NCBI GenBank assembly: GCA_963805625.1
Contig: CAWDVE010000010.1
Span: 736,001-800,000, forward strand
From: an uncultured Candidatus Rokubacteria bacterium
GTDB lineage: Bacteria > Methylomirabilota > Methylomirabilia > Rokubacteriales > DASRDR01
Reading direction: 5' to 3'
Length of the DNA: 64,000 nt
Part shown: positions 48,703-57,484 of the stretch, piece after piece
Position numbering within the stretch: position 1 is the stretch's first letter
Layout: each line of letters starts with the position of its first letter
The notes under the pieces: model-generated
Seen by the model: only the letters and a program-made list of their open reading frames with translations
Database searches by the model: none
Told to the model about the DNA's origin: nothing
Made by a program: the position numbers and the translations under genes

Positions 48703-50016
48703 ATGACGGTCGAACTCGAAGCGATGGAGAGCCGGTCCCGCGAGCTACTCTCTACGGCCGGTACGATCCTGCCCGGTGCGTGTCTCGGCCAGAACTCCCT
48801 GCCCCCCGAGCTCTCGTTCGTCGTCGACCACGGCGAGGGAGCCCGCCTCGTCGACGTGCGCGGGCGCACCTATCTCGACTACGTCCTCGGGTCGGGCCCT
48901 CTGCTGCTCGGGCACGCGCACCCGGCGGTGGTCCGGGCGGTCCAGGAGCAAGTGGCGCGAGGCTCTACGTTCCACTGGCTCTCCGAGCCATCCATTCGCC
49001 TCGCGGAGACGGTGGTGCGCGCCGTGCCCTGCGCCGAGCAGGTGCGCTTCGTCTCCACCGGCACCGAGGCGACCATGTTCGCCTGCCGCATGGCGCGCAC
49101 CGTCACCCGCCGTGAGAAGATCCTGAAGTTCGAAGGCGGCTGGCACGGCTTCCACGACTACGCCATGGCCGGGAACTGGCGCGTGCCGTCCGAGGCGCCC
49201 TACCCCTATCCCGGGCCGGACATCGGCGGCATCCCCCGGGGCGCCCTGGAAAGCGTCCTCGTGGCGCCCTTCAACGATCTCGCCACGACCGAGCGCATCG
49301 CGACGGAGCGGGGTTCCGAGCTCGCCGCGATCATCGTCGAGCCGCTCCAGCGCTCCATCCGCCCACGGCCCGGATTCCTCGCCGGGCTCCGCGAGCTCGC
49401 CCACCGCCTCGGCGCGCTCCTGATCTTCGACGAGGTCGTGACCGGCTTCCGTCTCGCCTACGGGGGCGCCCAGGAATACTACGGCGTCCTCCCCGACCTC
49501 GCCGTCTACGGGAAGGCGCTGACCTGCGGGTTCTCGCTGGCGGCGATCGCGGGGCGTGCCGACGTCATGGCCACGGCCGATCCCGCGCGGAAGGGGTCGC
49601 TCGACTACGCGGGGCTCTCGGGCACACTGTCGGGCAACGCCCTCGCGTGCGCGGCGGGGATCGCGGCCCTGGCCGAGCTCCGGCGCCCGGGCGTCTACGA
49701 GCGACTCCACGCGCTGGGTGAGCGCCTGCGAAGCGGAATCGCGCGGCGGGCGGACCGGCTCGGAGTGCCGGTCCAGGTCCTCGCGGACGGCCCGATCGCG
49801 CAGGTCTTCTTCATCGCTCCCGAGGCGGACCTGTCCACCGATCGCGCCCTCCGCGCGGCGGATGGGCGCAAGGCGACCCGGTTCGGGCTCGAGTGCTTGC
49901 GGCGGGGCATTTTCACGATCCCCGGCACGAAGCTCTACCTTTCCCTCGCGCACACGGACGCGGACATCGACTGGACGCTCGATGTCATGGAAGAGGCGCT
50001 CCGTACCGTCGCCTGA
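48703..50016 (+). CDS. Class III aminotransferase (glutamate-1-semialdehyde aminomutase-like)
   Basis: LGHAHP, STGTEAT, KFEGGWHG, LIFDEVVTGFR, YGKAL; upstream TTGACG-N17-TAGTGT. Confidence 0.92.
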   Translation: MTVELEAMESRSRELLSTAGTILPGACLGQNSLPPELSFVVDHGEGARLVDVRGRTYLDYVLGSGPLLLGHAHPAVVRAVQEQVARGSTFHWLSEPSIRLAETVVRAVPCAEQVRFVSTGTEATMFACRMARTVTRREKILKFEGGWHGFHDYAMAGNWRVPSEAPYPYPGPDIGGIPRGALESVLVAPFNDLATTERIATERGSELAAIIVEPLQRSIRPRPGFLAGLRELAHRLGALLIFDEVVTGFRLAYGGAQEYYGVLPDLAVYGKALTCGFSLAAIAGRADVMATADPARKGSLDYAGLSGTLSGNALACAAGIAALAELRRPGVYERLHALGERLRSGIARRADRLGVPVQVLADGPIAQVFFIAPEADLSTDRALRAADGRKATRFGLECLRRGIFTIPGTKLYLSLAHTDADIDWTLDVMEEALRTVA

Positions 50017-50150
50017 CAGGACCGGATGGAACGCCGACGGCGCCGGCGGACCCACTGTCGCGCGGAGCCGCTTCTGATGCGGCTTCGAGCGGCCCGCGTG
50101 AATATTCGCCCCTTGCATGGCCGAGGGACTTGGGCTTAGGATCGGTCGCT

Positions 50151-51167
50151 GTGAAGCAGGGCGGCCGCGGAACAGATCGTCGGCGAGGACTCAAGCTCGG
50201 CTTCCACCTTCCCTGCCGAGGGCCGCTCGCTCGAGTCGACGTGCTCACGCGGCTAGCCCGGGCGGCCGACGCGCTCGGCTACTCGGTCGTGACGATCTCC
50301 GATCACGTCGTCCTGCCGACTCGCTCCTCGGCCCCGTACCCCTACGACCACTCAGGCACCTTTCCTGGCGGTGCCCAGCAACCGTTCATCGAGCCGATCC
50401 CATTGGCCGCATGGCTCCTGGCCGTCACGCGGCGACTGCGTGTCGCGATCAGCGTGCTCGTCGTCCCCTACCGCAATCCCGTCGTCACCGCGAAGCACCT
50501 CGCCACGATCGATGTCCTCTCCGGCGGACGCCTGACCGTGGGCGTGGGCGTCGGGTGGTGGCCCGAGGAGTTTGAGGCTGTGGCCGCCCCTCCGTTCTCA
50601 GAGCGCGGCGCTGTCACCGACGAGTACCTCCGGCTCATGAAGGCGCTCTGGACCGAGGACGAGCCCCGCTTCGCCGGCAAGTACTATCGGATCGGGGACA
50701 TCACGATGTTCCCCAAGCCCGTTCAGAAGCCACACCCGCCGATCTGGGTCGGGGGCCATACCGAGGCAGCGCTCCGCCGCACCGCCGCCCTGGGTGACGC
50801 GTGGCATCCCATCGGGCTCCGGGGCCCCGCCGGCCTCGCGCCCGACGAACTCGCCGAGAAGATGGGCCGCATCCGGACGCTCGCACGACAGAACGGACGC
50901 GATCCTTCGTCAATCGGAGTTGCCTTCAGAGGGCCGCTCGACCTCTGGCCGACCAGGTCGAAACCCGGGGCGGACGCGCCTCGTCCCTTGAGCGGCCCAC
51001 CGGACAAGGTGGTCGCGGACCTCCGCGCCTACCAGTCGGCTGGTGTCGACACGGTTATCTTCGACTTCCCGAAGCCCGATCCGGGCGCCATGGTCACGCT
51101 GATGCGGCGTGTCGCTCGGGAAGTGCGGCCGCGCCTCGCCCGTCGCGCCACATCGCGCGCCCGATGA
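50151..51167 (+). CDS. LLM-class F420-dependent oxidoreductase (Rv2161c-like)
   Basis: SDHVVLP, DVLSGGRL-x-VGVGVGW, PKPVQKPHPPIWVGG. Confidence 0.9.
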   Translation: MKQGGRGTDRRRGLKLGFHLPCRGPLARVDVLTRLARAADALGYSVVTISDHVVLPTRSSAPYPYDHSGTFPGGAQQPFIEPIPLAAWLLAVTRRLRVAISVLVVPYRNPVVTAKHLATIDVLSGGRLTVGVGVGWWPEEFEAVAAPPFSERGAVTDEYLRLMKALWTEDEPRFAGKYYRIGDITMFPKPVQKPHPPIWVGGHTEAALRRTAALGDAWHPIGLRGPAGLAPDELAEKMGRIRTLARQNGRDPSSIGVAFRGPLDLWPTRSKPGADAPRPLSGPPDKVVADLRAYQSAGVDTVIFDFPKPDPGAMVTLMRRVAREVRPRLARRATSRAR

Positions 51168-51583
51168 CCACGACTGACACGTTCGCCGCGGAGGGTCGAG
51201 TGGCGCGCCTGGCGACGGTCGACGAGGCGGGATACCCGCACGTGGTGCCGGTGTGCTACGCGACGAACGGGCACGCGTACTACTCCCCACTGGACGCCAA
51301 GCCCAAGAAGAACCCGGTCGGCCGGCTCAAGCGCGTGCGGAACATCCGCGCCAACCCGCGTGTCGCACTGTTGATCGACCACTACGAGGAGGACTGGGCG
51401 CACCTCCGCTTCGTCATGGTGCAGGGTCGCGCCGAGCTGCTGGACGGCGGGACGGAATGGAAGGCGGCCCGGATCCTGCTCGAGGCGAAGTATCCGCAGT
51501 ATCGAAGCCTCCCGCTCCCGCCCGAGGCACCGGTCATCAAGATCGTCCCCGACCGCGTGGTCCGCTGGAGCCCCGGCTCGTGA
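51164..51583 (+). CDS. PPOX-class F420-dependent oxidoreductase (Rv0121-like)
   Basis: VARLATVD, PHVVPVCY, DAKPK, LKRVRNIRANP, DHYEEDW. Confidence 0.92.
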   Translation: MTTTDTFAAEGRVARLATVDEAGYPHVVPVCYATNGHAYYSPLDAKPKKNPVGRLKRVRNIRANPRVALLIDHYEEDWAHLRFVMVQGRAELLDGGTEWKAARILLEAKYPQYRSLPLPPEAPVIKIVPDRVVRWSPGS

Positions 51584-52785
51584 GCGCTCACGCCGGGCTG
51601 TCGGCCGCCGTCGCGGCCGCTCTCGAGCGGATCGGGACCGGACGGCCGCTCGGACGCGCTGACGGCGTGGCGCTCATCGACGCGGCACCCGGCGAGCTCG
51701 GAGCCGTCCTGGAGGCGGCCGCCGTGCTCCGCGATCGGGGCAAGGGGCGGACGGTCACCTACTCGCGGAAGGTATTCCTGCCGCTGACGAACCTCTGCCG
51801 GGACGACTGCGGCTACTGCACCTTCAAGCGGGATCCGGGCCAGCTGGGTGCCCGCACGATGGAGCTGGACGAGGTGCTCGCCGTCTGCGAGGCCGGGGCG
51901 CGGCTCGGTTGCAAGGAGGCGCTCCTCTCGCTCGGCGACAAGCCCGAGGTCCGGTTTCCCGAGCATCGCGAGTGGCTCCGCCACCGAGGCTACCGGACGA
52001 CCATGGACTACGTCGTGGCGGCGTGCCGCGCCATCGCGAGGGAGACCGGACTCCTCCCCCACGCGAATCCCGGGCTCATGAGCGAGCGCGATCTCCGGGC
52101 GCTCCGCGACTGGAACGTCAGCGTGGGGCTCATGCTCGAGACCTCGTCCGACCGGCTCGGCGGCCCCGGCGGCCCCCACGAGCGCGCACCGGACAAGCGG
52201 CCGGCGCGGCGGCTCCGGACGATCGAGGCGGCCGGCCGGGCGGGCATCGCGTTCACGACCGGCATCCTCTTCGGGATCGGGGAAACGCCGGCCGAGCGCG
52301 TCGACTCGCTCCTGGCGATCCGCGAGCTCCACGAGCGCTACGGGCACGTCCAGGAGGTCATCGTTCAGAACTTCCGGGCGAAGACCCGCATCCCGATGGC
52401 GCGGCAGCCCGAGCCTTCGCTGGACGACCTCCGCCGGACGCTGGCGGTGGCCCGTCTCCTGCTGGGGCCGGACATGAACGTGCAGGCCCCGCCCAACCTC
52501 TCACCGGGGACCTACCCCGCTCTGATCGCCTCGGGTCTGAACGATTGGGGCGGCGTGTCGCCTCTCACCATCGACCACATCAATCCCGAGGCCCCGTGGC
52601 CCCACCTCGCCGCGCTCGAGGCCGCGACGGCTGCGGCCGGCGCCCGCCTGCGGGAGCGCCTGGCCATCTATCCCGAGTTCATTCACCGTCCGGGCTTCGT
52701 CCCCGAATCCCTGCGCCACCGTGTCCTCGCCTTGGTGGACGCCGCCGGGCTCGTTCCCGATCGCGCCGTCCAGGTGGCCCTCTGA
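51580..52785 (+). CDS. cofG: FO synthase subunit CofG (radical SAM)
   Basis: VTYSRKVFLPLTNLCRDDCGYCTF, LLPHANPG, QAPPNL, DWGGVSPLTIDHINPE. Confidence 0.96.
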   Translation: MSAHAGLSAAVAAALERIGTGRPLGRADGVALIDAAPGELGAVLEAAAVLRDRGKGRTVTYSRKVFLPLTNLCRDDCGYCTFKRDPGQLGARTMELDEVLAVCEAGARLGCKEALLSLGDKPEVRFPEHREWLRHRGYRTTMDYVVAACRAIARETGLLPHANPGLMSERDLRALRDWNVSVGLMLETSSDRLGGPGGPHERAPDKRPARRLRTIEAAGRAGIAFTTGILFGIGETPAERVDSLLAIRELHERYGHVQEVIVQNFRAKTRIPMARQPEPSLDDLRRTLAVARLLLGPDMNVQAPPNLSPGTYPALIASGLNDWGGVSPLTIDHINPEAPWPHLAALEAATAAAGARLRERLAIYPEFIHRPGFVPESLRHRVLALVDAAGLVPDRAVQVAL

Positions 52786-52822
52786 CCACCATGGACGACG
52801 AACGACAGGAGATCACGCGGCA

Positions 52823-54196
52823 ATGATGGATGCCTTCCTGGCTCGCTACTGGACGGGCCTCGACCGGCGCGTGCGCGCGGCGCTCGACCGCGCGCTCGAC
52901 GGCGGCGAGATCACCGTGGACGATGGGCTCGCGCTCGCCGAGGCAACGGGGCGCGAGCTGAGCGCGCTGACCCTGGTCGCCGACGAGCTGCGTGCCCGGC
53001 AGGCGGGCGACGTGGTCACCTACGTCGTCAACCGGAACATCAACTTCACGAACGTCTGCATCAAGCACTGCACCTTCTGCGCCTTCAGCCGGGACCACCG
53101 GGAGGAAGAAGGCTACTTCCTTCCGCTAGAGGAGGTGCTCCGCCGGGCGCGCGAGGCCCGGGATCTCGGGGCGACCGAGGTATGCATGCAGGCCGGACTC
53201 GCGCCGAAGCTCGACGGCCGGTTCTACATCGACCTGTGCCGGGCGGTCCACGACGCGCTGCCGGACCTGCACATCCACGCGTTCTCCCCCGAAGAGGTGC
53301 TGTACGGCGTCACGCGGTCCGGAATGTCCGTCGCGGAGTACCTCGGCGAGCTCCGCGAGGCCGGTCTCGGGACTCTTCCCGGCACGTCCGCCGAGATCCT
53401 CGACGACGAGGTGCGCGACCTCATCTCACGGGGCCGGATCTCGACCGGCCAGTGGCTCGAGATCATCACCACCGCTCACCGACTCGGTATCCAGACCACC
53501 TCCACGATGATGTACGGTCACGTTGAGACGCCGGCCCACTGGGTCCGGCACATGGCCCTCCTGCGCGACGTCCAGAAGGACACGGGCGGCTTCACCGAGT
53601 TCGTGCCTCTGTCGCTCATCCACCAGGAGGCGCCGATGTACCGCCGTCACCTGGTCCGGGACGTCCGGGCCGGGGCAACGGGCGCCGAGGTCGTGCGCGT
53701 GCACGCACTCGCACGCGTCATGCTCGGGGCAACGGTGCGCAACATCCAGTGCTCGTGGGTCAAGGAGGGGCCCAAGCTCGCCCAGATCCTCCTCGCCGCA
53801 GGCGCCAACGACCTCGGCGGGACGCTGATCAACGAGAGCATCTCGACCTCGGCCGGGGCGGGTCATGGCCAGCTGGTGCCGCCCCGGGAACTCCGCCGGC
53901 TCGTGCGAGACCTCGGTCGAATTCCCGCGCAGCGCAGCACGACGTACGGTATTCTCAAGCTCTACGCTGACGGGCGCGACGACGACACGAGCCCGCTGGA
54001 TGCCGTCGAGAACCCCGACGAGCAGTTCGGCTCGTACCGCCGGCTCACCGCGTCGAGTCAGTTCCGGTTCGCGAAGCTGAAGCCGCCCGGCGCCGGCCGG
54101 GGCGGAACGGAACTGACGGGCACGGCAGGTCGGCTCGGAGAGTGCAGCGAAACTCCACAGCCACCCGTTCGCGGTGGCGTCACCACCACACCCTGA
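52823..54196 (+). CDS. cofH: FO synthase subunit CofH (radical SAM)
   Basis: VTYVVNRNINFTNVCIKHCTFCAF, PGTSAEILDD, TGGFTEFVPL, NIQCSWVKEG. Confidence 0.96.
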   Translation: MMDAFLARYWTGLDRRVRAALDRALDGGEITVDDGLALAEATGRELSALTLVADELRARQAGDVVTYVVNRNINFTNVCIKHCTFCAFSRDHREEEGYFLPLEEVLRRAREARDLGATEVCMQAGLAPKLDGRFYIDLCRAVHDALPDLHIHAFSPEEVLYGVTRSGMSVAEYLGELREAGLGTLPGTSAEILDDEVRDLISRGRISTGQWLEIITTAHRLGIQTTSTMMYGHVETPAHWVRHMALLRDVQKDTGGFTEFVPLSLIHQEAPMYRRHLVRDVRAGATGAEVVRVHALARVMLGATVRNIQCSWVKEGPKLAQILLAAGANDLGGTLINESISTSAGAGHGQLVPPRELRRLVRDLGRIPAQRSTTYGILKLYADGRDDDTSPLDAVENPDEQFGSYRRLTASSQFRFAKLKPPGAGRGGTELTGTAGRLGECSETPQPPVRGGVTTTP

Positions 54197-54210
54197 GAGG
54201 AGGCGGTTCT

Positions 54211-54507
54211 ATGGCGAAAGTCATGACGAAGGCGGCAACGGTGAGCCACTTGGCCAGCAAGACGGGCCTAAGCAAGAAGCAGGTTGCCGCCTTCATGGAT
54301 GAGGTTCAGGCACTGGCCGTCAAAGAGGCCAAGAAGAACGGCGCGTTCGTCCTGCCGGGCATCGGCAAGGTCGTCCTCTCGAACCGGAAGGCGCGCATGG
54401 GCCGTAACCCGCAGACCGGCGAGCCGATCAAGATCGCCGCGAAGCGGGTCGTGCGCATCCGCGCGGTCAAGGTTCTCAAGGACGCGATCCTCGGCGGGAA
54501 GAAGTAG
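54211..54507 (+). CDS. hup: HU family DNA-binding protein
   Basis: RKARMGRNPQTGEPIKIAAK; GAGGAGG RBS. Confidence 0.95.
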   Translation: MAKVMTKAATVSHLASKTGLSKKQVAAFMDEVQALAVKEAKKNGAFVLPGIGKVVLSNRKARMGRNPQTGEPIKIAAKRVVRIRAVKVLKDAILGGKK

Positions 54508-54517
54508 CGCCGGGCAC

Positions 54518-55069
54518 ATGCCGCGGTCGGCGCGGCGGCCGGTCTCGCCGGCGGCCGGGTCGGCACCATCCGTCCTGGAGCCCCGCATCTGGCAGGGCGT
54601 GGTCTACCAACCCTGTCAGGGCGGGGCTCCTGTGGTCCGGCAGCTGTTTCACTTCGCGGGCGCGTTCGCGCCCGATCTGGAACCAGACGAGATAGCGTGG
54701 GAGGCCCGGGCCGGGGACCGGGTCGTTGGCGGCGTGCTCTGCGAGCGGCGCGGCGCCCACGGTTTCATCCACGGGCCCGTGGTCGTCGATCCGCCACCCG
54801 GCACCGAGCCGATCGAGGTGGCCGCCCAGCTCGTCTCACCCCTCGTCGATGCGGCCCGCGCGCTCCCGCTCGATTCCCTCTTCACCCGACCCCAGGGGCT
54901 CGACCGCGTGTGGGTGCGGCTGGGTTTCGTGCCGATGCCCGAGGCCTTCCTGCCGGCCGCCCTGCGCGGGCGGCCCGGGTCGGGTCTCCATGTCTGGCGC
55001 CGTCCCGGTACCTACGCGGTCCCCGTCCCGGACGCCGAGGGCGAGGGCCGGCGGCGCGGGCGACGGTGA
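54518..55069 (+). CDS. GNAT-like hypothetical protein
   Basis: VVGGVLCERRGAHGFIHGPVVV...AAQLV...LFT...VWVRLGF resembles an ArgA-type GNAT fold; stop overlaps the cofD start. Confidence 0.6.
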   Translation: MPRSARRPVSPAAGSAPSVLEPRIWQGVVYQPCQGGAPVVRQLFHFAGAFAPDLEPDEIAWEARAGDRVVGGVLCERRGAHGFIHGPVVVDPPPGTEPIEVAAQLVSPLVDAARALPLDSLFTRPQGLDRVWVRLGFVPMPEAFLPAALRGRPGSGLHVWRRPGTYAVPVPDAEGEGRRRGRR

Positions 55070-55998
55070 TCGTCGCCCTTGCCGGAGGAACCGGCGCCGC
55101 CAAGCTCCTGCGCGGCCTGATCCACGTGATGGAGCCCAGTCGCCTCTTCGTCGTCGGCAACACTGGTGACGATCTCGACTGGTGGGGGCTCCGCGTGTCG
55201 CCCGACCTCGACTCCGTGGCCTATGCCCTCGCGGGCCTCCTCGACGCCACGCGCGGCTGGGGGGTCCGGGACGACACCTTTCACTGCCTCGCCGCGATGG
55301 GTCAGCTCGGTCGCGAGACGTGGTTCCGCCTGGGCGACCGCGACTTGGCGACCCACCTGCACCGCACCCTGCTCCTCCGCGCCGGCGCCTCCCTCACGAT
55401 CGCCACCCGCGCAATCACCGAAGGGCTCGGCGTGACGGCGCGGCTCGTGCCCATGTCCGACGACCCGGTGCGGACCGAGCTCCGCACGGGGAGCGGCTGG
55501 CTCACCCTGGAGGAGTTCTTCGTCCGTGAGCGGTGCGGGCCCGATGTCCTGGACGTCGCGTACCGGGGCGCCGAGAGCGCACGGCCGGCGCCCCACGTCC
55601 TCGAGGCGATCGACGCGGCCGAGGCGGTCGTCGTATGCTGCTCGAACCCCGTGACTTCGATCGGGCCTATCCTCGCGGTGCCCGGCATCTTCGACGCCCT
55701 GGTCCGCACGCTGGCGCCCGTGGTGGCCGTGAGCCCCATCGTCGGCGGGCAGGCAGTCAGCGGACCCGCCGCGAAGCTCCTCACGGCCCGGGGCCTCGAC
55801 GTTTCCCCGCTGGGCGTGGCGCGGGCGTACCGGCCCTGGCTCGACACCCTGGTCATGGACAGGGCGGACGCGGCGCACGTGCCGGCCCTCCAGCGAGACG
55901 GCGTACGGGTGGTCCTCGCGGATGTGCTCATGCCCGATGCGGTGGGCGAGGCCCGACTCGCCCGCGTCGTCCTCGAGGCCGCCGGAGCCGTCCCGTGA
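55066..55998 (+). CDS. cofD: 2-phospho-L-lactate/PEP transferase CofD (FbiA)
   Basis: LAGGTGAAKLL, NTGDD, SPDLDSV, WFRLGDRDLATH, SNPVTSIGPIL. Confidence 0.96.
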   Translation: MIVALAGGTGAAKLLRGLIHVMEPSRLFVVGNTGDDLDWWGLRVSPDLDSVAYALAGLLDATRGWGVRDDTFHCLAAMGQLGRETWFRLGDRDLATHLHRTLLLRAGASLTIATRAITEGLGVTARLVPMSDDPVRTELRTGSGWLTLEEFFVRERCGPDVLDVAYRGAESARPAPHVLEAIDAAEAVVVCCSNPVTSIGPILAVPGIFDALVRTLAPVVAVSPIVGGQAVSGPAAKLLTARGLDVSPLGVARAYRPWLDTLVMDRADAAHVPALQRDGVRVVLADVLMPDAVGEARLARVVLEAAGAVP

Positions 55999-57389
55999 GG
56001 GTCGTCGTCGTCCCCGCCAAGGAGTTCACGGTCGCGAAGCAGCGCCTTGCCGACGCGCTGCCGGCCGCCGCCCGCGTGGCACTCGCCCGCGCCATGCTGG
56101 AGGACGTCCTGGCCGCGCTCGCGGGCGCGCCTGTCGACCGCGTCGTCGTCATCACGCCCGACGCCGAGGTCGCCGCGGTCGCCGAGCGGTGGGGCGCGCT
56201 CGTCGTCCGGGAGACGGAAGGCCATGGCCACACGGCCGCGGTCGCGCGGGGCGTCGCGCTCTGCCGGGAGTGGGGCGCGACGGTCTTGCTCACGGTCCCC
56301 GGGGATCTCCCCTGCCTCACGGCCGACGAGGTGCGTCGCATCCTCGAGGCCTGCGGGCCCGCTCCCGCGGCCGTCTTCGTCCCGTCCCGGAGCGGGCTCG
56401 GCACCAACGCGGCGTGCCTCACGCCGCCCGATGTGGTCCCGCTGCGCTTCGGCGAGCCCTCGTTCGCCGATCACATCGCGGCGGCGCGGGCGCGCGGCAT
56501 CGAGCCGGTGGTGCTTCCTCTGCCGGGTGCCGGGCTCGACATCGACCGCCCGGAGGATCTCCAAGCGCTCCGTCAGGCGGGACCGGGGACGCGCGCGGCC
56601 GTCGTGCTCGGAGCCTCGGCCGACGCGCCTCTGCCGCGCGCCCCGAAGCTCGAGGTGTTCGGGATCCGCGGGCTGCCGGAGCTCCAGCCCGGGGACGATC
56701 TCGCGAGCCTCGCACTGGCAGCGGCCGTGGACCAGGGCACGCCGTTCGCGCCCGGCGACGTGGTCGTACTCAGCCAGAAGGCCGTCTCCAAGGTCGAGGG
56801 CCGTCTGGTACGACTCGCCGACGTGGCGCCATCCGCGCTGGCGGTCGAGGTCGGGCGCGCCCATAAGAAGGACCCCCGGCTGATCGAGATCATCTTCCGC
56901 GAGTCGCGCCGGGTCGTCCGGATGGACCGCGGTGTCTTGATCACGGAGACGCGCCACGGTCTGATCTGCGCCAATGCGGGAGTCGACCAGTCCAACGTGG
57001 GCCTCGGCTGGGCGAGCCTCCTCCCCGAAGACCCCGACGCCTCGGCGCGCACGTTCGCGGACCGCGTACGTGCCGCGCAGGGCGTCGAGGTCGCGGTGAT
57101 CGTCGCCGATACGTTTGGCCGCCCGTGGCGGGAGGGTCTCGTCAACGTGGCGATCGGCGTGGCGGGTCTGCGGTCTCTCCAGACCTACCTCGGCGTGCCG
57201 GATGCCCACGGTTACACGCTCCAGGCGACAATCCTGGCGGTGGCGGACGAGCTCGCCGGCGCGGCCGAGCTCGTGATGGGCAAGCTCGACCAGGTTCCGA
57301 TCGCAGTGGTGCGTGGCTACCGCTACGAGCCCGGGCCGGGCTCGGCCCGCGAGCTCCTGCGCGACCCGAACATGGACCTGTTCCGGTAG
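55995..57389 (+). CDS. cofC-cofE: CofC guanylyltransferase fused to CofE F420:gamma-glutamyl ligase
   Basis: N-half VPAK-x-x-x-x-AKQRL, GDLP, GTNA, RFGEPSF, DIDRPEDL; C-half GLPELQPGDDL, KAVSKVEGR, ANAGVDQSN, DTFGRPWREG, DLFR; no stop between the halves. Confidence 0.92.
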   Translation: MRVVVVPAKEFTVAKQRLADALPAAARVALARAMLEDVLAALAGAPVDRVVVITPDAEVAAVAERWGALVVRETEGHGHTAAVARGVALCREWGATVLLTVPGDLPCLTADEVRRILEACGPAPAAVFVPSRSGLGTNAACLTPPDVVPLRFGEPSFADHIAAARARGIEPVVLPLPGAGLDIDRPEDLQALRQAGPGTRAAVVLGASADAPLPRAPKLEVFGIRGLPELQPGDDLASLALAAAVDQGTPFAPGDVVVLSQKAVSKVEGRLVRLADVAPSALAVEVGRAHKKDPRLIEIIFRESRRVVRMDRGVLITETRHGLICANAGVDQSNVGLGWASLLPEDPDASARTFADRVRAAQGVEVAVIVADTFGRPWREGLVNVAIGVAGLRSLQTYLGVPDAHGYTLQATILAVADELAGAAELVMGKLDQVPIAVVRGYRYEPGPGSARELLRDPNMDLFR

Positions 57390-57484
57390 AGCCCCGCACG
57401 CAGCGACGCTTCGCCCGGTAGCACGGCATCGAAGGTGCTGGCGGCCGTTCTCTCGCGCGCCCGCATGGTACGCTAGCCCCGGCC

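Noticed and set aside
48703-50016. Calling the aminotransferase hemL
   Set aside because: It lacks the PGGVNSPVRA N-terminal motif of true HemL, so it is left as a paralogue.
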